Below are positions 45,493 to 54,990 of a stretch of 64,000 bases of DNA, piece after piece. The DNA comes from Bdellovibrionales bacterium (GTDB taxonomy: Bacteria > Bdellovibrionota > Bdellovibrionia > Bdellovibrionales > UBA1609). Both the position numbers and the translations under genes were made by a program. The DNA is taken from positions 492,088-556,087 of the forward strand of contig OZ241840.1 of assembly GCA_965202645.1 (NCBI GenBank), written 5' to 3'. How positions within the stretch are numbered: the stretch's first letter is position 1; each line of letters begins with the position of its first letter. A model generated the notes under the pieces. The model saw only the letters and a list, made by a program, of their open reading frames with translations. It did not search any database and was not told the DNA's origin.

Positions 45493-46416
45493 GTGAGAGG
45501 CTTTTTTATACCGCTTTTAGTCCTGATAACTTTACTATCTATATCCTGCGCTCCATTGCAGGTCATGGATGCCGCATATTTACAATCTGATAATAGCTTG
45601 GCCGGATCTATTATTGGCGAAGAAAGCTTTGATGAGGGTCATTATCAAACTTTTTCAAATGATTATAAAGATTTTCCCATGGAAAACAATAAATATATCA
45701 CGAAATGGATAAAGACTTTAACCGGAACTCTGCGGCAGGATATGACACGGTGGTTAGAGCGATCTCATAGATATCTTGATTTTATGGGAAATATTTTGAG
45801 ACAAGAGGGCTTGCCGGATGATTTTGTTTATATGGCTATGGCTGAATCCGGATTTAACCCTTACGCCATAAGCAAAAAGCAAGCTGTCGGCTACTGGCAA
45901 TTTATGAAGGGGACAGGCAAACATTATGGCTTAACCATCAACTCTTACATGGATGAGCGGAGGGATTTTGAATTATCCACCCGGGCGGCTATCCGATATC
46001 TCAAACATCTGTATGGCCTCTTTCAGGATTGGCGCCTAAGCATGGCCGCTTATAACTGGGGAGAGAGAAGGGTCAAAAAAGCCATTAACCGCCACAACAG
46101 CAAAAATTTTTGGCTTTTAGCTGAAAAAAGAGCTATGCCGGTTCAAACAAGGGACTTCGTTCCCAAGATAATGGCCATGAGAAGAATCGCCATGGATCCT
46201 GAAAAATACGGGTTTTTAAACCTGAAATATAAGCAGCCCTTAAATTACAGGCGCATCTCTTTGCAAAACGGCTCTTATTCTTTATCCCAAATTTCCCGTC
46301 AGTTAAACATTTCCCATGATGAATTGAAAAGGCTAAACTCAAAATTTAAAACGGATATTATTTCCGCCGACAAACAAAAAATTGATATTAGAGTTCCGGC
46401 CTATATTCAGCTTTAA
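45493..46416 (+). CDS. Membrane-bound lytic murein transglycosylase D-like (SLT domain plus LysM)
   Basis: MAMAESGFNPYAISKKQAVGYWQFM (catalytic E-S, GxWQF) and the C-terminal LysM-like YSLSQISRQLNISHDELKRLN. Confidence 0.85.
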   Translation: MRGFFIPLLVLITLLSISCAPLQVMDAAYLQSDNSLAGSIIGEESFDEGHYQTFSNDYKDFPMENNKYITKWIKTLTGTLRQDMTRWLERSHRYLDFMGNILRQEGLPDDFVYMAMAESGFNPYAISKKQAVGYWQFMKGTGKHYGLTINSYMDERRDFELSTRAAIRYLKHLYGLFQDWRLSMAAYNWGERRVKKAINRHNSKNFWLLAEKRAMPVQTRDFVPKIMAMRRIAMDPEKYGFLNLKYKQPLNYRRISLQNGSYSLSQISRQLNISHDELKRLNSKFKTDIISADKQKIDIRVPAYIQL

Positions 46417-46561
46417 AGCTTGCCCGGCAGGTTTAAAGCTCTGCCCTGAAAATCAATTTTTGGCTTATGGAATCTGAACAGGGGCAAAGGCTTTTTTTGA
46501 AACAGCCCAAACGAACGGTTTAACAGCTTTAAAGCTTGCCCGGCAGGTAAAGCCTTAGAAG

Positions 46562-47017
46562 TCAAATAAACTCCACATAATCGGAAGGGTAGCATTTGTC
46601 CACTTTATAGACAACTATCCTAATTTCCTCAAGGGAAACAGCTGTTTTCCAGACACTGACTATGGAAAAAGCCGCTTGCTGGGCCACAGTTTTATTGATC
46701 TGCAAAAGAGAGGACTCATAACTGTAATCTGAAAGCTCATCAAACAAAAATCCTTTAGGCAGTTTCAGCTCCTCCTCAAAAAATTGAAGAGCTTTATTGT
46801 TTTCTATATGAGACTGAATTTCCCCGCAATTTCCGGCTTTGCTTAAATCGCCAAATAGAAATAACAGCTCTTGCCTGTTCTCCTCAGACAAACTGCCGCT
46901 TGTCGCATGAGAGGCCATTTGGGTTAAAGAGTAATCCTTCCAGTCCGCAAACCAGCGGGATAAAAAATGGCTCTGGCAAGACGGCAAAAGCAGAACAGCG
47001 AAAATTAAGGCCCTCAT
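46562..47017 (-). CDS. Hypothetical lipoprotein
   Basis: MRALIFAVLLLPSC lipobox-like signal. No recognised domain. Confidence 0.45.
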   Translation of the reverse strand: MRALIFAVLLLPSCQSHFLSRWFADWKDYSLTQMASHATSGSLSEENRQELLFLFGDLSKAGNCGEIQSHIENNKALQFFEEELKLPKGFLFDELSDYSYESSLLQINKTVAQQAAFSIVSVWKTAVSLEEIRIVVYKVDKCYPSDYVEFI

Positions 47018-47160
47018 AATTCATCTATCGGCCATTCTTTGTTTAATCTTGAGCCGGTGGAGGGCTGGCCTATTCGTCCCGCTCAAAAATCCAAGACTTA
47101 AAGATTTCATATCCCGCGCTCGCTGTAAGCCCCTTAAAGCGCGCCATGAGTCTCATTTTA

Positions 47161-48636
47161 TCATCTGCGCCGGGCTATAAAGCGCCCATCTCCAGCCAAG
47201 GATCTGTGCCGGCGATGAGCCATCATAAAAATATTATCTTCAGCCACTCCCACAATATCATTCCCCAGCTGGACAGATTTTTCCGCCGGGGAGGTGACTG
47301 TTTTTTTATTTCCACGCAAATTGCCCAAAAGCTGTTTCATCTGATCAGCCAAAGAGTTGGGCTTTTTCTTTGCAATCGCCCGTTTTAGGCCAGGCCCACC
47401 AGAGGATCCGGCTAAGGAGGCTTCGCCCCCGGAAAATTGAGACGCGGACATATCCGCGCCTAAATCCTCAACGGCCTCTAAATCATCCTCTCCGCCGGCT
47501 AAATCCACACCCAGTCCGCTGCTCAGCTGACCCGCGTTTTTTTGGCTCGGGATTTTTATTCCCTTTTTAGCCAAATAAGCCGCATTACTTTTGTGAAGCG
47601 GAGCCAACACTTCATCAACATGCTCCTGCTCCTTTGGAGAAAGATCTTTAATCAAGCCCGTTGTTGACGCAAAAGGCCTCATGCCTTTAGGAGGCCATGT
47701 TCGCCCTTCCTCTCTGGCCATCGCCGTAAAAGCGGTGGTTAGCCTTGGATCCATACCAGGAGCGGGAGTTGTAGGGGTTGGCGGATTATTTGATGGACAG
47801 CTTTCATCCCCCGGATCACAATCCCAGCCAAACGATTTTGCCATGATCTTGCAATGACTAGGATGCTTTTTACACTCAGAAGTATCCATCATATTAGGCT
47901 CGGGTTCTCCATCGTCAATGCACTCGGATGAGCCTGGCTTTTTCACACACATAGCCGATTCCGTGTTTTTAAGTTGCTTTTTTTTGTTAGCCATTAAACC
48001 AGTTTGAACCCCGGCCGCGGCGGTCATCCCCCCCCATATCCAACACCAGCCACTCTCTCTACAGCCTGGTGAAGAGCAACATGTAACCGTCTTATAGCCC
48101 AAAAAAGCTGTTGTGGCCGCTCCTACGGCGGTGAATGCGCCCATGTTTTTTCTCTTTTTGTGCACTTGGGATAAGGGGGATTTAGAGGACTCCTGTTGCA
48201 TTTTTACGCTCTTCTCGAGATCATCCAGCTCCTGTTGAGATTGGTCCGCTAGCTTTTTATGCCTATTGTATTCGTCTTTTGTCGCTTGGCACTCGCCAGT
48301 GTCACACAAAGCAAAAGAGCATTCCGGGGAGGCCGGCTGATTTGCGCCGCCATCCTCTTCTCTGGCTCTTCTATCCTCTAAACATTGTTTTTGACAGCGA
48401 TTTCGGCAGGAGGTGAGCTTTTCTAACATGCCACTGACAAGTTTTTTCTTTTCCGCCAGATCCTCTCTGGCTTTATCGATAGCCGCAGTTTTTGTGGTTT
48501 CTTCATTAGCTGGAGATTCTTCGTTAGCTGTAGTCTCTCCAGCGCCTTCAGCCCCAGCCTCTCCGTCCAACAGAGACAAACATCCCATCAGCGCGCAAAT
48601 AGCGACTCCTCTGTTAATCCTCTTTAAGTGTTTCAT
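47161..48636 (-). CDS. Hypothetical Cys-rich lipoprotein or surface protein
   Basis: Start reset to the ATG at 48636, preceded by AGGAGG. MKHLKRINRGVAICALMGC lipobox. Coiled-coil, hydrophobic central segment, and Cys and Pro/Thr-rich regions. Confidence 0.55.
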   Translation of the reverse strand: MKHLKRINRGVAICALMGCLSLLDGEAGAEGAGETTANEESPANEETTKTAAIDKAREDLAEKKKLVSGMLEKLTSCRNRCQKQCLEDRRAREEDGGANQPASPECSFALCDTGECQATKDEYNRHKKLADQSQQELDDLEKSVKMQQESSKSPLSQVHKKRKNMGAFTAVGAATTAFLGYKTVTCCSSPGCRESGWCWIWGGMTAAAGVQTGLMANKKKQLKNTESAMCVKKPGSSECIDDGEPEPNMMDTSECKKHPSHCKIMAKSFGWDCDPGDESCPSNNPPTPTTPAPGMDPRLTTAFTAMAREEGRTWPPKGMRPFASTTGLIKDLSPKEQEHVDEVLAPLHKSNAAYLAKKGIKIPSQKNAGQLSSGLGVDLAGGEDDLEAVEDLGADMSASQFSGGEASLAGSSGGPGLKRAIAKKKPNSLADQMKQLLGNLRGNKKTVTSPAEKSVQLGNDIVGVAEDNIFMMAHRRHRSLAGDGRFIARRR

Positions 48637-48654
48637 AAACGCCTCCTGCTTTTT

Positions 48655-49090
48655 TATTTTTAAAAAATTCATTGAAATCTAAGTTTTTGGCTGAATGTGA
48701 CAATCCGCAGGACTGGCTTTGCTTTGCCGGCATGAGGGCGCCCATTATACTCGCATTGTTTTCCGAGTGCCCCGGCTCCGCTTTGCCGGCGTGAGAGCGC
48801 TGTATCTGAGCCATAGCCCCTCCATTATTTCTCCTCTCTATTCCCTCGCATCCCGCTAATAACATAATTTACCCGCCTTTTTGTAAGCTCATTATTTTTA
48901 AAAAATTCATTGAGACCTAAGTTTTGGCTGAATTTGAAAATCCGCGGGCTGGCTCCGCTTTGCCGGCGTGAGAGCGCTGTATCTGAGCCATAGCCCCTCC
49001 ATTATTTTTCCCCTCTATTCCCTCGCATCCCGCTAATAACATAATTTACCCGCCTTTTTGTAAGCTCATTATTTTTTCAAAAATATGGCT
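48655..49090. repeat. About 238-bp tandem duplication containing copies of the 3' end of gene 49089..50276
   Basis: TAAAAAATTCATTGA starts at 48661 and 48899. Each unit ends GCTAATAACATAATTTACCCGC, mirroring the real gene end GCTAATAACATGATTTACCCGC. The first unit has an extra inner duplication with a 62-bp period. Confidence 0.85.
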
Positions 49091-50276
49091 AATAACATGA
49101 TTTACCCGCGTTTTCTGAGCAAAAGGATTGAATAAACCCACTCATTCTTTTAAAAATGCTGGCGCTGTTGTTGGAGCCAGCCTCCGCGAAAATATCCCGG
49201 TCTGAATGGCTTTTTTTGCCGGATGCGCTGTTTAAAGCTAATTTAGAGCTTGCCATTCCTCTTTTAGAATTATAGCCCCGGCCGCCGGCTGAATAGGAGT
49301 ATCTCCCACTGCCGGTAAAAGAGCCAGCGGAAGCTCTGGCGGATCGGAGATTTCTCTCGTCGCCGTCCTCCGAGTCTTCAGCGCCGGATTCCCCACTGCC
49401 CGCGAGCTTATTGCCGCTCTCCCCCGAAGAGCGATCTTTAGTGAATCCTTTAGAGGGTATCCCTCCTGTCAGCGAAGCGTTTGAAGAATCGGAAAGGCCG
49501 TCAGAGTTTAAGGAGGCAGCTACAGCGTCATCAGAGTTTGAGGAGCCGGCTGGGCCGCCGGAGGGCTGGCCGGAAGGCTTGCCGGAAAAGCCTGCCAAGC
49601 TTTTAGCGGAAGATCTAGGCGAAGAAGGCGGGATGGGCGTGTTGGAATTATTTTTGTTAGCGCTATCAGCAAATGTTTGTCCAGAGTAAGAGCCGGGGGA
49701 GCTGGCTTGTGGCATCTCTGGAGTGGGCGGGGCCGCAGAGCCTCCGTTTGCTCCGCAATCCGCCCCTTCACAGCCTCCCAGCTTTTTTTTCGCCAGCAAA
49801 GAGGCGGCGGATTGCATAGCGGACAGCAAGCCTTGAAGCCCAGCCGAACTGCATGTAGCGGACTGGGCCCTGCATCGCGCTAAAAAGCTTTCGTTGTCCT
49901 GTGAAGTATCAGTCCCTTCGTCGGCTGCACAGGCCGCCTCACATGCGGCTATGGCAGTTGTGCATTTTCTCCATCTGTTTAAAGCCGCAACAGAAAGAGC
50001 GCTGTTGATGGCCGCATTGGCTTTATGAGCGGTTGAGGCTGAGGCTCCGCTTATATTTTGAGTGGTGTTTGATACGACACTGGCCACCATAGCGTAATTT
50101 TCAATATTCATGCCGGAGGCGGCCTGTTCAGCGGCTGTGGCCAATTCGTTCGTGCAACCGGTGCTGGAATCTTCTGATGATGATAAAAAACAAAATCCGG
50201 CAAAAAACAAAAGCCCTGTTTTAAAAAGCACACTCCAAAAAGCGCCGTCCCCGGCTCCTCTCAAATCCCTAAACAT
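49089..50276 (-). CDS. Hypothetical secreted Ser/Gly/Ala-rich protein
   Basis: ATG at 50276 after GAGGGAGAGG (ORF open to TTG 50300). Hydrophobic N-terminus, Cys-containing helical region, and a long S/G-rich tail. Confidence 0.5.
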   Translation of the reverse strand: MFRDLRGAGDGAFWSVLFKTGLLFFAGFCFLSSSEDSSTGCTNELATAAEQAASGMNIENYAMVASVVSNTTQNISGASASTAHKANAAINSALSVAALNRWRKCTTAIAACEAACAADEGTDTSQDNESFLARCRAQSATCSSAGLQGLLSAMQSAASLLAKKKLGGCEGADCGANGGSAAPPTPEMPQASSPGSYSGQTFADSANKNNSNTPIPPSSPRSSAKSLAGFSGKPSGQPSGGPAGSSNSDDAVAASLNSDGLSDSSNASLTGGIPSKGFTKDRSSGESGNKLAGSGESGAEDSEDGDERNLRSARASAGSFTGSGRYSYSAGGRGYNSKRGMASSKLALNSASGKKSHSDRDIFAEAGSNNSASIFKRMSGFIQSFCSENAGKSCY

Positions 50277-50614
50277 CAACAAAACCTCTCCCTCAAACAA
50301 AAAAGCCCTTTTTTAAATGCCTCATTCAAACAAAAATAAACAGCTAAAAAGAATATCGGCTCGCCTAAAATAAAACTTTAGTCATTTTTTTGATCTGAGG
50401 GTTAAATTGGCCATTTTTCAGGGACGATCCGCTTTTTTTAGCGAAAAAACCCGTCCCGGCTTTAGCGCTTAATTTGCTTTAGGGAATTTAAAAGCCAGGC
50501 CAGACAAGGGTTTCAGGCAATATTGCCTTAAAATTAAGCAAATTTTGGATCGGACCAAAAAGCTCCATTAAAACTTCAAAAAAACTCTTTTTTTGTTAAA
50601 ATAGCATAAGATAT

Positions 50615-51424
50615 TTGATAAATTATAATGGCCAGCCTCTGCCTATGAATCCAGTCGTTTATAATACAATAGAGAATCAAAAAAGGCAACAGCATATATT
50701 GCCTTATCAGCTTAAAAAAGATGACGGAATTTTTTTTACAAATGAAATTAAGATTATTGATTCCATTCTTGATATCATTAAATTTGATAATAATATTGTA
50801 AATAAAAAAATTTTAGACCCCGCTGTTGGCAATGGAATTTTTTTATTAAGGATTATTGAAAAAGCATGCCAATATTGCTCAAATAAAAGAAAAATTAAAA
50901 ATTTTATAGAAAATGGCTTGTTTTTTATTGATATAGATCCCGAAAAGATAGAAAAAACAAAAAAAAATATCTTTAATTTATATAAACACCTTTTTAATGA
51001 GCGATATACAGGTGAATTTAATGGTTTTGTATATGATTTTACTGAAAAAATTGAAACAGATTTAACTTTATTCAAAGAAAAACATTGTCAAAAATTAGCC
51101 AGTTTGTTGCGCAAAATGGATTATGTTGTTGGCAATCCGCCGTATGTCACTCTTTATGGCCGAAGAGACAGAAAAAAAAGTGAATCGCAAAGAGTTAAAT
51201 ATTTAAATCAATATAGCCAATTTCCTCAAAATTTAAAGAATGGAAAAATTAATTATATAATGCTTTTTATTGAGTATAGTTTGGAGTATCTAAAGAAAAA
51301 TGGGAAATTATCTTTTATTGTGGATATATCTTTTTTTGAAACAGCTTATAAATATACAAGGAAATATCTTCTAGAGAATGTTAAAATCCTCTCCTCTATT
51401 GATATTTTCTTCAAGATTTCTTGA
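50615..51424 (+). CDS. N6-adenine DNA methyltransferase (gamma-type, Eco57I/TaqI-like), apparently truncated
   Basis: Motif I ILDPAVGNGIFLL and motif IV VVGNPPYV. The ORF ends after 269 aa with no target-recognition region. It lies in a visibly AT-rich patch. Confidence 0.7.
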   Translation: MINYNGQPLPMNPVVYNTIENQKRQQHILPYQLKKDDGIFFTNEIKIIDSILDIIKFDNNIVNKKILDPAVGNGIFLLRIIEKACQYCSNKRKIKNFIENGLFFIDIDPEKIEKTKKNIFNLYKHLFNERYTGEFNGFVYDFTEKIETDLTLFKEKHCQKLASLLRKMDYVVGNPPYVTLYGRRDRKKSESQRVKYLNQYSQFPQNLKNGKINYIMLFIEYSLEYLKKNGKLSFIVDISFFETAYKYTRKYLLENVKILSSIDIFFKIS

Positions 51425-51566
51425 GAAATTTTAATTTGCCGTTTATGAGATTCTTTTAGTTTATTTGCGAATAATTTTATAAAGTTTTCTCTTGAGCGAT
51501 ACTCTGGCGGCTCAGATATATTAACCTGTAATTGATTTTTAGGATTTCGCCTAAACGAATGAGCGC

Positions 51567-52370
51567 TTAAACAGGGACATTCAGCTCCCTTAAACACTGG
51601 TTGAGAGAGATTTTTTTATCTGTGCTCTCTGATCGCCGGCCAATAATCAAAGCGCAGGGAGTTTGATAAACTCCCGCCGGAAACCTCTTGTTTTTGTGTC
51701 CCGGAATAACCACAGAGTTTTTAGGGACTTCCCCTATGTGCTCTTTAGCCGGGCTTTGAGTCACATCCACAATTTTTACGCTTTTTGTGAGAATAACGCC
51801 CGCCCCAATCACAGCGTTTTCCCGGACACAAACCCCCTCCACAATGACAGAGCGGCTTCCTAAAAAAACATGATCCTCAATGACAACCGGCTGAGCCTGT
51901 ATAGGCTCCAGCACTCCGCCAATCCCCACGCCCCCGGAGACATGAACCCCCTTTCCCACTTGGGCGCAAGATCCCACAGTGGCCCAAGTGTCAATCAATG
52001 AGCCTTCATCCACATAAGCTCCAATGTTGACATAAGACGGCATAAGCACAGAGTTTTTAGCGACATAGCCGGCATAGCGGACAAGAGCTTGAGGCGCAAC
52101 GCGAACCCCCTCCCCGCCAGTCCATTTTTTAAGGGGGATTTTATCAAAAAAGTTAAAATCACCGGAGACAAACTCCCTCATTTTTGTCATCTTAAAATAA
52201 AGGAGGATGGCGCCTTTCACCCATTCATTGACCCGCCACTCTCCCTTAATTTTTTCACACACACGAAGCTCCCCCGCGTCCAAACCAGCCAGAGCGCCTT
52301 TAACCGCCCGCTCCGTTTCAGGGGTTATTTCATTATGTGACAAGGCATGATAAATAAGCTCCGGCTTCAT
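51567..52370 (-). CDS. dapD: 2,3,4,5-tetrahydropyridine-2,6-dicarboxylate N-succinyltransferase
   Basis: VLMPSYVNIGAYVDEGSLIDTWATVGSCAQVGKGVHVSGGVGIGGVLEP is nearly identical in pattern to E. coli DapD. Confidence 0.95.
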   Translation of the reverse strand: MKPELIYHALSHNEITPETERAVKGALAGLDAGELRVCEKIKGEWRVNEWVKGAILLYFKMTKMREFVSGDFNFFDKIPLKKWTGGEGVRVAPQALVRYAGYVAKNSVLMPSYVNIGAYVDEGSLIDTWATVGSCAQVGKGVHVSGGVGIGGVLEPIQAQPVVIEDHVFLGSRSVIVEGVCVRENAVIGAGVILTKSVKIVDVTQSPAKEHIGEVPKNSVVIPGHKNKRFPAGVYQTPCALIIGRRSESTDKKISLNQCLRELNVPV

Positions 52371-52404
52371 AAAGTCTCCATTGGGATTTTTCTCAAAAAA
52401 CTTT

Positions 52405-52728
52405 GCAGGCTCTTCAGTCTTCTCTATATTGACTCAAGCTAAACAGATAAGCCAACTGATAATACAGCTCTTCAGCTTGAGCCTTCCCCATATTGACTCA
52501 AACTACACGGCTAAGCCAACTGATAATACAACTCTTCAGCTTGAGCCTTCCCCATATTGACTCAAACTACACAGCTAAGCCAACTGATAATACAGCTTTT
52601 CAGCCTAGACCTTCCCTATATTGACTCAAACTACACAGCTAAGCCAACTGATAATACAGCTTTTCAGCCTAGACCTTCCCTATATTGACTCAAACTACAC
52701 AGCTAAGCCAACTGATAATATGAACTGA
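52405..52728. repeat. 64-bp tandem repeat x5 immediately upstream of dapD
   Basis: TATTGACTCAA starts at 52427, 52491, 52555, 52619 and 52683. Confidence 0.95.
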
Positions 52729-52868
52729 GCGCCGCATATTCAAAAAATAGGTTGTATTTTTGTTAAAATTCCCTCAAGCTCTAACAATAAGCTTGAGTTC
52801 GTGACGGATCAAGCTATAAAACAGCCCCCGCCCTTTTAAAAATAGCGGGAAAACAAAGGACTGCGCTT

Positions 52869-53297
52869 GTGAAGGGAAAACCTAAAATCCAGAGAAAAAA
52901 GCCAGCTTTCAGCCATGACAGCCTCTTTAAGCATTTCTATTCTGATCCAGATCTGGCGCGGGAATTGCTTCAGCTCATCTTTTCCAAAAAGGAGGCTCAA
53001 GCCTACGACTTAAAAAAGCTGAAAATAGAAAAAGACACTTTTGAGGGGAAAAGAGCGGATCTTATCATCTCAGTCCCTTTTAAAGCGAACCCTAAAATGA
53101 AACTGGAGCTTTTAATCCTTTTAGAGCACAAAAGCCATTATGATAAATATCTTTTTGAGCAACAGCTGGATTATCAAATTTTAGTCCGCAAACACACTAT
53201 TCGGCAAAAAGGCTATCCCCAGCCCATAATGCCGGCGCTGTTTTATCAGGGAAAACAGCCCTTAAAATGGAAGAAATCCCTGCAGGAGGAGGCTTAA
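52869..53297 (+). CDS. Rpn/YhgA-like (PD-(D/E)XK, transposase_31) family protein, truncated
   Basis: SHDSLFKHFYSDPDLARELL...ADLIISVP......LLEHKS matches the Rpn N-terminal nuclease core. At 142 aa it is about half my recollection of the family length. Confidence 0.65.
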   Translation: MKGKPKIQRKKPAFSHDSLFKHFYSDPDLARELLQLIFSKKEAQAYDLKKLKIEKDTFEGKRADLIISVPFKANPKMKLELLILLEHKSHYDKYLFEQQLDYQILVRKHTIRQKGYPQPIMPALFYQGKQPLKWKKSLQEEA

Positions 53298-53433
53298 AAG
53301 CCGCCAGTTCAAAAGCATGGCCTAAGTTAAGCTGTTTCTGTCCCAAATGGAGCGCAGTCAAAATGCTTAAAAGAGCCTCAAGGAAATAAAAGAGGAATAA
53401 GCCTCGAAAGCCAAAATACAGCCATTCATAACA

Positions 53434-54750
53434 ATGCCTCCGCAAAAATACGACACCCTCTTATTGTGCGATAAAATTTTAATTTATAAAAAAGGCAAAT
53501 TCGCCTTAGAGGCCAACAAAGCCGTTGGCGTCCGCAAAGGGAAAATCGCTTATGTTGGAGATTTCTCCCCACAGCTGAAGGCCAAACAAACCATCCATTT
53601 AAAAAATCAGCTAGTGTGTCCGGGGTTCGTCAATACCCATACGCATTTGCCCATGTCTTTGTTTAGAGGGTTAGCGGACAACAAGCCTTTAAAAGTCTGG
53701 CTGGAGAATTACATTTTCCCTGTGGAGGAGCGGTTGGTGACAGAGGATTTTGTCCGGGCGGGGGCTAAGCTGGCTTTAGCGGAGCTTATTCGCTCCGGTG
53801 TAACCTGCTGTTACGATATGTATTTTTACAACAGCGCCATAGCCGAGACATTGGATGAATCCGGCATAAGGGGCATTGTGGGAATAGGCGTCCCCAGCGT
53901 GGAAAAAGACTGGAGGGAGTGGAGGCGAAAAGCTCTGGAGTTAAGAGAGCGCTTTAAAAATCATCCCCGGGTAAAAATAGGCATAGCCCCTCACGCCCCT
54001 TACACTGTGGAGCCAAAAGCGCTGAGGGAAATGGGGGAATTTTCAAAATCAGAAGATCTGCCTCTGGCCATCCACACTGCGGAAAGCCAATGGGAGCAAG
54101 AGGAAATCCAAAAAAGGCACAGCCAAACGCCCATCGGGCTTCTTCATGATTTAGGAGTGACGGGAAAAAACTCTTTATTTGTCCATTGCGTGCGGGCCAG
54201 CGAAAAAGATTTGGAGATTATGGCGGAAAGCCAAACCTCCCTCTCCTATAACCCCGAAAGCAACATGAAGCTTTCCAATGGCATTGCCCCTATTGGCGAG
54301 GCTCTGGAAAAAGGGGTGGCCGTGGGCTTGGGAACAGACGGCTCCGCCTCCAACAATAACTTGAATTTTTTTGGAGAAATGGGGACAGGGATTAAACTGC
54401 AAGCCTTAAAATATGGAGACAAATCCATTACAGCGGAAGGGATGCTAAAAATGGCCACCATTGAGGGGGCAAAAGCTATGGGGCTGGAAACAGAAATCGG
54501 AAGCATTGAGGAGGGGAAAAGAGCGGACATTATCGCCTTGGACTTAAGCCATATCTCTTTTCATCCCCGCTACAATCTAATCTCCAATATCGTCTATGCC
54601 GCCTGGGGAAATGAGGTGAGCTTTGTATTATGCGAAGGCCAAATCCTGATGGAAAATTATCGGCTGAAAACTTTAGATGAGGAAAAGATTGTTAAGCAAA
54701 CTGAGTTTTTCGCCAAACAAGTGAAGGATTTTATCAAAACCTCCTTGTGA
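53434..54750 (+). CDS. mtaD: Amidohydrolase, 5-methylthioadenosine/S-adenosylhomocysteine deaminase-like
   Basis: GFVNTHTHLPMSLFRG.ADN, ...HTAES..E and ...GTDG.ASNN.L metal-ligand motifs. Confidence 0.85.
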   Translation: MPPQKYDTLLLCDKILIYKKGKFALEANKAVGVRKGKIAYVGDFSPQLKAKQTIHLKNQLVCPGFVNTHTHLPMSLFRGLADNKPLKVWLENYIFPVEERLVTEDFVRAGAKLALAELIRSGVTCCYDMYFYNSAIAETLDESGIRGIVGIGVPSVEKDWREWRRKALELRERFKNHPRVKIGIAPHAPYTVEPKALREMGEFSKSEDLPLAIHTAESQWEQEEIQKRHSQTPIGLLHDLGVTGKNSLFVHCVRASEKDLEIMAESQTSLSYNPESNMKLSNGIAPIGEALEKGVAVGLGTDGSASNNNLNFFGEMGTGIKLQALKYGDKSITAEGMLKMATIEGAKAMGLETEIGSIEEGKRADIIALDLSHISFHPRYNLISNIVYAAWGNEVSFVLCEGQILMENYRLKTLDEEKIVKQTEFFAKQVKDFIKTSL

Positions 54751-54981
54751 CTTAAGTTAGCTTTTAATGATAGGAAAAGCAGGGACAGATCAGTGAGTTT
54801 AGATTTAATCATAGACAAGATAATTTATATGTGTTATTAAAAATCATTAGAAATAGACCCCTTAAGTTGTCATGAACCTTATTAAAAATCATTAGAAATA
54901 GGCCTCTTATCTTAAGCTGTATGAGCCTTTGTTATTATTAAAAATATTGAGAAATAGGCCCCTTAAAGCGCGTCATGAACC
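54745..54981. mobile_element. Internally deleted IS1016-like derivative with three tandem copies of the right end
   Basis: 54793-54878 matches IS positions 14925-15011. A left-end-like ACTTAAG..GATAG block lies at 54755-54780. Two further decayed copies of the terminal ~50 bp end at 54927 and 54981. Confidence 0.7.
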
Positions 54982-54990
54982 AAAAAAGAT

